From positions 1 to 30,405 of the IMG/VR virus record IMGVR_UViG_3300040971_000257: a DNA stretch of 30,405 nucleotides. One strand, 5' to 3'. This document shows, piece by piece, positions 1 through 6,765 of the stretch. Positions within the stretch are counted from its first letter, which is position 1; every line of letters starts with the position of its first letter. The stretch is from a virus. Its lineage: Duplodnaviria > Caudoviricetes. The translations under genes were made by a program, and so were the position numbers. The notes under the pieces are model-generated. The model was not told the origin of the DNA, did no database searches, and was given only the letters and a program-made list of their open reading frames with translations.

Positions 1-63
1 AAACCGCTAAACAAAGGCATTAAACCTATATTTAGGGACTGGAATAAACTTTAAATGTCATGA

Positions 64-150
64 TGTCTTGTCATTATGGACTTTATCACAGTTTTTGATA
101 ACCTCTATATTAACTTTACTATAAATGATGCTAAAAATTCATATTTTAAT
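64..150 (+). repeat. Element-end / att-like site, copy 1
   Basis: TGTCTTGTCATTATGGACTTTATCAC...TAACTTTACTATAAATGATGCTAAAA is near-identical to 3780-3889 apart from one missing 23-bp unit. The left flank (43-63) is an imperfect inverted copy of the first motif around the TG at 64-65. Confidence 0.8.
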
Positions 151-157
151 TGAGGTT

Positions 158-640
158 TTATGTGGGATTTTTTATCATCCTAACAGTCTTCTTTGTATAT
201 ATTACTTTTGAATAACCATCTTTTTTAAAGCCTTCAGATTCATAAAAACCAATAGCTTTTTTGTTACTTTCCAAAACCCATACAGCGATAATATTAAAAT
301 TAGATAATTCTTTATAGCAAGCTTTCATTAGCGCTTTTCCTATACCCATATTTTTAAAATCATTCAAAATATAAATTGCCACAATTTCTCCTGCATTTTT
401 TAAATCTGTATCTCTAGATTCTATATAACAAGCAAACCCAACAATCTTTTGATCCACAATAGCTACATAGGTATTCTCAGGGTGTTCCTTTGCTAGTTTA
501 ACACTTCGTTCCAAAGTTATCTTTTCCATGATTTCATCAGGAAAAAGACCTGTATAGGTCTCTGTCCAACTTTTATAATGTACATAACCTTTTCCATTTG
601 CATCTTTAGTAGTTGCTTTTCTAATGATGAAATCATTCAT
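158..640 (-). CDS. GNAT family N-acetyltransferase
   Basis: 160 aa; acetyl-CoA motif A (FKNMGIGKALM) and the C-terminal VLESNKKAIGFYESEGF motif. Confidence 0.9.
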   Translation of the reverse strand: MNDFIIRKATTKDANGKGYVHYKSWTETYTGLFPDEIMEKITLERSVKLAKEHPENTYVAIVDQKIVGFACYIESRDTDLKNAGEIVAIYILNDFKNMGIGKALMKACYKELSNFNIIAVWVLESNKKAIGFYESEGFKKDGYSKVIYTKKTVRMIKNPT

Positions 641-656
641 ATTCTATCACCAATCT

Positions 657-920
657 TTACTTGTATATATCTTTACGATGACCAAATTCAATCACCAATA
701 TGATTAATTCATCATCAATAATATTTGCAAGAATTCTATAATTACCTACACGATAACGCCATATACCTTTTTTTTCATGAGATAATCCTTTACCTTTATC
801 TCTAGGATTATTAGTTCCCTCCAGATTTTTCTCAATCCAAGCAATAATCATTCTAGCGATTTGTTTATCTAAATTTTTTAAAGATTTTAATGCTTTTTCA
901 GAAATTTTTACTCTATACAT
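657..920 (-). CDS. relE: Type II toxin, RelE/ParE family
   Basis: 87 aa basic protein with YRVKIS..ALKSLKNLDK and WRYRVGNYRIL...GHRKDIY RelE signatures. Confidence 0.92.
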   Translation of the reverse strand: MYRVKISEKALKSLKNLDKQIARMIIAWIEKNLEGTNNPRDKGKGLSHEKKGIWRYRVGNYRILANIIDDELIILVIEFGHRKDIYK

Positions 921-922
921 GA

Positions 923-1141
923 TTAAAAATCCAAAATTTCCTTAGCTTCTTCTATGGTATATGTTTTTGGATTTTCTTCATATTCTTTATAAGCTTGTTC
1001 ATAAAGATATATATCAAACTCATCTTCAATTTTTGAAAGTATTGCTTGTCTCATCACTTCTGATACTGTTGTACCATTTAATTCTGCATATTTTTTAATA
1101 AGTTTTGATTCTTTCTCACTAACTCTAATTGAAATAGACAC
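923..1141 (-). CDS. relB: Type II antitoxin, RelB-like RHH (DUF6290-like)
   Basis: Start re-assigned to GTG at 1141 after a GAGGTG RBS; 72 aa SISIRVSEKESKLIKKYA...IEDEFD; lies immediately upstream of relE. Confidence 0.85.
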   Translation of the reverse strand: MSISIRVSEKESKLIKKYAELNGTTVSEVMRQAILSKIEDEFDIYLYEQAYKEYEENPKTYTIEEAKEILDF

Positions 1142-1153
1142 TATTATCACCTC

Positions 1154-1204
1154 GTAATACATTGTATCACTAAATACACTATTTTGCAATACACTGCAAG
1201 ACAA
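1154..1204 (-). promoter_or_regulatory. Sigma70 promoter and two operator palindromes of the relBE-GNAT operon
   Basis: Minus strand TTGCAA(1189-1184)-17 bp-TACAAT(1166-1161). Near-palindromes GTAATACATTGTATCAC (1154-1170) and TTGCAATACACTGCAAGACAA (1184-1204) overlap the -10 and -35. Confidence 0.75.
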
Positions 1205-1531
1205 AATAAAAAAAGACTTGAAAGAATATTTTAAATCTCTAAAATTCTATTGGTTGCATTACCTATTTTAATACGAATTGGCACCCTAATTTGAAGAGGT
1301 TAGAACTTTCTAGTTTTCTATGCTTATGGTATCACACCCACTGTTCAAAAACCATAACAAATAAATATAATACCCATAGCAATCCCTTATTAAGTATTTT
1401 AATCTATAATCGCCCATGTTGTACAAAGTTAATTGTTACAGATATTAAAGAAGACAAGTATACATGAACGCTTAACCTTTCGAATCACATCCGTGTTAGT
1501 TGACTTTGATACCCATCCAGAGCACTCAATA

Positions 1532-1858
1532 TTACTTCAGTTGCAGCCAAAAGTACCAGTATATTGTTGAAAATAAAATAACTATAATTTCTATATATAA
1601 GACAAGATAATCTTTTCTTGAGTAAAGTGATCTTTTGAATTTAGGAATTACATATATAAGTAAAAATACAATTGCTGCAGATATAATAATGCCTCTATTA
1701 ATCCAGGTCAATATTAGTCGACCTTCAATGGAAAAATCAAATATGGAAAATAGAATTATAGTTTCAAAAACGCTAATGAGAGCTCCTATCAGAAAATAGG
1801 CGACACAGATAAGGAGTTCAATTAAAACACCTTTAGTTTTCAAACGAGAATTCTTCAT
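1532..1858 (-). CDS. Small integral membrane protein (about 3 TM), hypothetical
   Basis: Start re-assigned to MKNSRLK (ATG at 1858, AGGAGG RBS); three hydrophobic stretches; overlaps the end of the upstream peptidase gene. Confidence 0.7.
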   Translation of the reverse strand: MKNSRLKTKGVLIELLICVAYFLIGALISVFETIILFSIFDFSIEGRLILTWINRGIIISAAIVFLLIYVIPKFKRSLYSRKDYLVLYIEIIVILFSTIYWYFWLQLK

Positions 1859-3362
1859 ATTTGATTTCCTCCTTAGTAAGCATGTTATAACAAAAAACTT
1901 CTTGAACACTGAAATTAAATCCTTCGAAATTTAAATCAACATATAATATTATAGCCGGAAATACTTTTCCATCGTGTTTTATGTATACAAAATGCTGTTC
2001 AACTCCAATAACTGTCTCTTGTGTAATTTTCTTCATGATTTCATTTTGACTAAATTCATAATTATTATTTTTGATATACTCTAAAAAAATAATGTCTTCT
2101 TCTGTCATCTTTTCTTTTGAAGAGTTTATTATTGTATTTCCATCATTGATTGTGTCATAATAAATGTTTGTGAGAATACCATTAAAAACTAAATGGTTTC
2201 TTTCCACTTTTTGACCATGATACATGAATTCTAAATCTTCTTTTTGATAGATAAAAACGTCATTTGATGGTAAAGCATTGTTAACAATACTTGTACAAAA
2301 CGATTCATACGGCAATAGACTTTGATAGTAGTATGAATATATGGGAACATAACTAACTGTATTTTGTTTATCATTTAACTCATAGTTAATATAAGCTTCA
2401 TTATCACCAAAGATTTCATAATCTTTCACATTGTCCCATGGCCAAATTATTTTACTAGCAGCATATGAAGCCGAATCACTTACATTGTACCCATCAGTTA
2501 TTCTCTTATAAAAATTGTTCGTAAATGTTCTTGATGAAAGCACAGTTGTTGTCTCTGGCCAGCCAATCGAACTTCGAGCACCATTCAATATTGATTGCTC
2601 AGCCATTGAATTTAATTGTGCGTTTCCTGTAGACGACTCACAACTAGCCCACACAACAACTTTTGTGTTTCCCATATACGGAAGCTCATTTGAATACAGG
2701 TAAGATTCATTATTTGAAAAATCAGAAGTCACAACTAAACCTTTTCCACCATGTCCAGAAAACAATACTATTTCCTTGTTTAGTCTACCCAACCCAGTGT
2801 TATCATCGCTTAGCAACAATGTTTCAGAATAATTTTGGTAATTGTAAATATGATATCCCATATCACTTAATTCATTTGCTGGAATAGTTGAATCTGGAGT
2901 TGTGTCAATATCCCCAAGCCCATAATCATAGGTAAAGATTGATGCCTCCTGAAGTCTTATCTGAATATAATAGTTCCCAGTGCTATATTGAGAATAAGCC
3001 TTCACTTCGAAATCATATTGTGTACCAGATTCAGAATTGAGGAATCCTATATTGGCATTCAACTTTTCTCCCCCATTATTATTCGTTTTTAACTCGTTTT
3101 GAATATATGAGTACATAAACATATCTGTGTTACCATATGTTTCAATAACATAATAACTGTTTGAGGAATTAGCAGTAAATATCCAATGATCTATTTCTCC
3201 TGCTGTAGCAATACTTGACATGTATAATTTGTTAATAGACAATGTACACGTCGAATTATAACATGTGCTTAATATTGCGCTAGCTTTAAGCGTAACAATA
3301 GAAAACATGCACATTAAAAACATGATTATAATCAAAAAAAACTTTTTGTTTGCTTTCTTCAT
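1833..3362 (-). CDS. Secreted protein with PPC-like beta domain and caspase/gingipain-fold (clan CD) Cys peptidase-like domain
   Basis: Signal peptide MKKANKKFFLIII...ASA; PPC-like GEIDHWIF...YVIETYGNTD; His motif VLFSGHGG and Cys motif VVVWASCES. Confidence 0.6.
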   Translation of the reverse strand: MKKANKKFFLIIIMFLMCMFSIVTLKASAILSTCYNSTCTLSINKLYMSSIATAGEIDHWIFTANSSNSYYVIETYGNTDMFMYSYIQNELKTNNNGGEKLNANIGFLNSESGTQYDFEVKAYSQYSTGNYYIQIRLQEASIFTYDYGLGDIDTTPDSTIPANELSDMGYHIYNYQNYSETLLLSDDNTGLGRLNKEIVLFSGHGGKGLVVTSDFSNNESYLYSNELPYMGNTKVVVWASCESSTGNAQLNSMAEQSILNGARSSIGWPETTTVLSSRTFTNNFYKRITDGYNVSDSASYAASKIIWPWDNVKDYEIFGDNEAYINYELNDKQNTVSYVPIYSYYYQSLLPYESFCTSIVNNALPSNDVFIYQKEDLEFMYHGQKVERNHLVFNGILTNIYYDTINDGNTIINSSKEKMTEEDIIFLEYIKNNNYEFSQNEIMKKITQETVIGVEQHFVYIKHDGKVFPAIILYVDLNFEGFNFSVQEVFCYNMLTKEEIKYEEFSFEN

Positions 3363-3454
3363 AATGTTTGAACTTTTCCATATCCTTTCAGTCTTACTTA
3401 TTTTATACCATCCGTACTTATCTATTCAGCTCTTCTAAATAACATATTATGTCA

Positions 3455-3495
3455 CAATTCAATTGAATAATATCAATTCAATAATGAATTGTCAA
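3455..3495 (-). promoter_or_regulatory. Sigma70 promoter with operator-like palindrome for the secreted peptidase gene
   Basis: Minus strand TTGACA(3495-3490)-17 bp-TATTAT(3472-3467) with extended TG; palindrome CAATTCA-ATAA-TGAATTG (3474-3491); CAATTCAAT repeated at 3455 and 3474. Confidence 0.65.
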
Positions 3496-3736
3496 CAAGT
3501 CACCTCGTTATTTTTTTTAAAAAAGTGTAGCGTTTTGTGAAATTGTCCTCTTTATAAATAGAGTAGTTCATTGTAAAACGACATGCAGTTTCTTGGAAAT
3601 TAGAGGAGCTGTCCATAATCGTGTAAATTGGGATGTAATCGTGTGCAAACTCATTCACTCATCTGAATTCACTGCTTTTTCCGATACTTTTTCACTGCGC
3701 ATTTTTTTACACAGCCTAAAAGGCACTATATGGCGC

Positions 3737-3767
3737 AAAAAAAAGGATTGACAATAGTATCAATCCT
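3737..3767 (-). terminator. Intrinsic terminator just outside element-end copy 2
   Basis: Stem AGGATTGA/TCAATCCT with an 8-nt spacer, followed by a T-run on the minus strand. Confidence 0.75.
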
Positions 3768-3779
3768 ATGTTTTCAATA

Positions 3780-3889
3780 TGTCTTGTCATTATGGACTTT
3801 ATCACTATTTTTGATAACCTCTAGACTAACTTTACTACAACCTCTAGACTAAGTTTACTATAAATAATGCTAAAAGTTTATATTTTGAT
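3780..3889 (+). repeat. Element-end / att-like site, copy 2, with 23-bp tandem unit
   Basis: Direct repeat of 64-150; contains AACCTCTAGACTAA(C/G)TTTACTA twice (3816-3838, 3839-3861); motif cores at 3794, 3827, 3850 (spacing 33 and 23). Confidence 0.8.
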
Positions 3890-4120
3890 AAGTCATAAAA
3901 AGATAACTGATTATTGCAATTATACTATAAAAACAGCATAATAGTTTGTCCAATTAGGTTTGTCCATTTTCCGTCACTTTTAATAATATGTTGTCTCATT
4001 CAATCTGCGTTGAGTGCACCATATTGCTTGAAAATGGGGTGTTGTGTGTACTCAAGTAACATCAAAATGCTATATTTTATGTTTACACATACAAGTGCTA
4101 AAAAACCAAAGAAACATTTT

Positions 4121-4804
4121 TTATTTTAAATTGGATAATATAATAGAATCTAGAAAATCATTTTCAATCTGTTCAATTTTGGTAGCGTATGTTCTTTCAA
4201 TTTCACCTAACAAGTCATAACCCTTGAATGCATAAACTGAAATAAATAATTCTCTACCATAACGATTGATTAGGTATTTAACAAACGCTCCAGCAATCGG
4301 ATATGTAATCTCGTCTGTATGATTTAAAAAGAAATCGTTCTGAATTAGATCTATAATGCTTAGATATCTATCACTTTTTAGCAACAATCTTACCCATTCA
4401 TCGTTTGATTTATTCCACCACACTTTATCAAAGTACATCGCTAAGCCTTCTCTAAGGAAAACTGATTGTGGCTTGTTAAGTATATAGGAAATAATGTGCG
4501 CATCTTCATGATAACCTATGCATTTGACTTTTTCATTATACACTGCATATATTTCATTTGGAGGATTTGCAAAACCATTACATGGATCATTATCTCCATA
4601 TATTTTTCCTACTAACTCTGGTGTTTCTAATAGGTAATAATTTATTTTGAATTGTGGAAAAACATTTAGAAAACTCGTTATTTCTTTAAAGCATTTCTCT
4701 TGAACCTTCATTATCTCATCTATATCTTTTTCAGCTAAAGAATCTTTAATCAAGTGAAAGATGTAATGTTCGCTCGATACTTTAGTTAAAGTTGGTAAAC
4801 TCAT
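4121..4804 (-). CDS. Zincin (peptidase MA-like) domain protein
   Basis: HEDAH (HExxH) followed by LREGLAMY and YPIAGAFVKYL; start re-assigned to MSLPT (AAGGAG RBS). Confidence 0.7.
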   Translation of the reverse strand: MSLPTLTKVSSEHYIFHLIKDSLAEKDIDEIMKVQEKCFKEITSFLNVFPQFKINYYLLETPELVGKIYGDNDPCNGFANPPNEIYAVYNEKVKCIGYHEDAHIISYILNKPQSVFLREGLAMYFDKVWWNKSNDEWVRLLLKSDRYLSIIDLIQNDFFLNHTDEITYPIAGAFVKYLINRYGRELFISVYAFKGYDLLGEIERTYATKIEQIENDFLDSIILSNLK

Positions 4805-4838
4805 GTTATCTCTCCTTTTCCTCAATCAACTACAACTG

Positions 4839-4926
4839 TCAGTCTTTCAAACAACCAATAGGTATAATTTTTATGCCATCTTTTCTTGTGTAAGCCACCT
4901 CTCCACCAGTGATAATCATGAGTAAG
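4839..4926 (-). pseudogene. Displaced 3' end of an AAA ATPase/DUF4143-family gene
   Basis: Reads LLMIITGGEVAYTRKDGIKIIPIGCLKD*, the typical DUF4143-protein C-terminus as I recognise it; begins exactly at the edge of element-end copy 3. Confidence 0.8.
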
Positions 4927-5005
4927 TGTGTTGTCATTACTAAGTTTATGCCGATTTTAAGGGTTAACGACCTAAGTTTACTATGGTGTCAGACCTAAGT
5001 TTACT
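4927..5005 (+). repeat. Element-end / att-like site, copy 3 (diverged)
   Basis: TGTGTTGTCATTACTAAGTTTA...GACCTAAGTTTACT...TGTCAGACCTAAGTTTACT; cores at 4941, 4973, 4996 (spacing 32 and 23), the same architecture as copy 2. Confidence 0.75.
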
Positions 5006-5099
5006 TTCTTATACGCAATTAAGAAAAAATATAAAATCTAGCTTCTATAGTATTAATTCTTCAAAACAAACACTTTAATCAGTCTCACATTAAATCATA

Positions 5100-5990
5100 T
5101 TAATCTTTGGAAAAGCAATCAGTATGTTCTTGTTCGAAATCAATTTCAATAGTAACATGCTCAAAATCTTGCTTCTTCGTAATCATATGAGCTTCACGTT
5201 TTATTCTGTTAATATCTTTCAAATCAGAAGATGACTTAATGATAAGGTGTGTTGTTAAAACGTGATGTTCACTATCTAAAGACCAAACATGAGTGTGTTG
5301 AACATCTTGTACATTTTTAATGTCTTTGAACATCTCATCAAGTTTATTAATGTTGATATCTTCTGGTACAGCTTGTAAAAAAAGTAAAATCGTTTTTCTA
5401 AAGTTAATAAAGACATTATATAAAATGTATACCGTGAATACAATAGCGAGAATAGGGTCCAATATATGGATATCTTTGACAAACATTATCAGTCCAACAA
5501 TAAGTACACCAATCCATCCAAGAACATCTTCGAGCAAGTGCCAACTTATTACTTTTTCATTTAACGTTTTTCCTTTTTTAGTTTTCAATACTGCAAAACC
5601 ATTTACCATAATCCCAATGATAGCAAACCCTATCATTCCCTTTGCATTCGCATGTACAGGATCAAGTAATCTAGGAACAGCATTCCATAAGACAATAAAA
5701 GAGCCAACAATCAAAACAATTGTATTAATCAATGCAGCTAAAAGAGAATATCTTTTATAACCATAAGTGAATTGCTCATTATGATCTTTTTGAGATAATT
5801 TACCAAATACCCATGCTAACCCCAAAGATATGCTGTCGCCTAAATCATGAAGGGCATCTGATAAGATTGCCATACTATTAAATAATATACCACCAATCAA
5901 TTCAAGTACTGTGAAAAAGAAATTTAACAAAAAGGCAACTTTGATATTAGAAACACTATGATTGTGACTATGCGATGATTTCTCTTTCAT
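5100..5990 (-). CDS. czcD: Cation diffusion facilitator (Zn/Co/Cd efflux)
   Basis: His-rich N-terminus, SDALHDLGD, FTYGYKR, HLLEDVLGW, and C-terminal HVWSLD...HVTIE. Confidence 0.92.
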   Translation of the reverse strand: MKEKSSHSHNHSVSNIKVAFLLNFFFTVLELIGGILFNSMAILSDALHDLGDSISLGLAWVFGKLSQKDHNEQFTYGYKRYSLLAALINTIVLIVGSFIVLWNAVPRLLDPVHANAKGMIGFAIIGIMVNGFAVLKTKKGKTLNEKVISWHLLEDVLGWIGVLIVGLIMFVKDIHILDPILAIVFTVYILYNVFINFRKTILLFLQAVPEDININKLDEMFKDIKNVQDVQHTHVWSLDSEHHVLTTHLIIKSSSDLKDINRIKREAHMITKKQDFEHVTIEIDFEQEHTDCFSKD

Positions 5991-6200
5991 AAACTAACCC
6001 TCTCTATTCTTTTGGCATCTCATTATTGCATTATGAGACGTCTTAATTTTATAAATTAATTAATATGTTATTTGTCTAAAATAATTTCATATCTTTGTTG
6101 CATACACAAATGCATCATCATACGTATCCTAATTTTATCACAGTCAGCATTATCCCTCAATCAAAAGATTGAAAGTATCCAAATAATTTAGCGGTTTTAT

Positions 6201-6242
6201 AAAAAAAATTGGAATGGATGTCAGACCTAACAACCATTCCAA
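6201..6242 (-). terminator. Intrinsic terminator after the ATPase-thioredoxin operon
   Basis: TTGGAATGG...CCATTCCAA stem followed by a T-run on the minus strand. Confidence 0.75.
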
Positions 6243-6301
6243 AAAAATTACAATAATATTAAACTTGACAAGTTTTTTGAGAAGAGCGGTCACACTAGAA
6301 T

Positions 6302-6760
6302 CTATTCATATGCAATATTTCCAATAGAAACTGCTTCATAAAAGTTCGTTATTTCAGTTGTCCCAACGAAATAATCTACCAAACTATTGTTTTTATATAT
6401 TAGCAGCGTTGGTGTAGAATTTAAACTATTACCATTCAAATTAATATCACTCCGGTTACCTGTAGTTCTTTGAGCATCCATCATGAATAAATCAATTTGC
6501 AAGTTATTATTTGTTCCAAATTGAAAAGTTTCTTCTTTAATAGATATACATGCTCCACAAGTCTCACTATAAAAGTATACTCCATATAATTCATTTTCTT
6601 GTCTGCTAGCCTCTGAATATTCTATAATCCTTGTAAAATCTGAATAAGAGTCTTTTAATTCTGAATCATTGTTTACAATCACTAAGGTGAGTATTATCAA
6701 CACAAAAACTCCTGCAAATCCAATTAATATGTTTCTTATAAAATGATCTTTTTTAGTCAT
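6302..6760 (-). CDS. Membrane-anchored thioredoxin-fold protein
   Basis: N-terminal TM, YFYSETCGAC (CxxC) and cis-Pro loop STPTLLIY. Confidence 0.8.
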   Translation of the reverse strand: MTKKDHFIRNILIGFAGVFVLIILTLVIVNNDSELKDSYSDFTRIIEYSEASRQENELYGVYFYSETCGACISIKEETFQFGTNNNLQIDLFMMDAQRTTGNRSDINLNGNSLNSTPTLLIYKNNSLVDYFVGTTEITNFYEAVSIGNIAYE

Positions 6761-6765
6761 ATTGT

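Noticed and set aside
1205-1530. Possible gene remnant or ncRNA in the gap upstream of the TA promoter
   Set aside because: Only short unrecognisable frames and no convincing structure by eye.
3816-3861. CRISPR array or iterons from the 23-bp repeats (also 4969-5005)
   Set aside because: Only two units, no spacers, no cas or rep gene; better explained as internal sites of element ends.
64-5005. Classical integron cassette array
   Set aside because: No attC-type RYYYAAC/GTTRRRY hairpins or intI; blocks are multi-gene with their own promoters.
6187-6230. Fourth element end: TGTCAGACCTAA identical to 4987-4998, and TTTAGCGGTTT inverted match to 1-11
   Set aside because: The 12-mer lacks the GTTTA core and sits within a terminator hairpin; no spaced array. 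Treated as chance, though not excluded.
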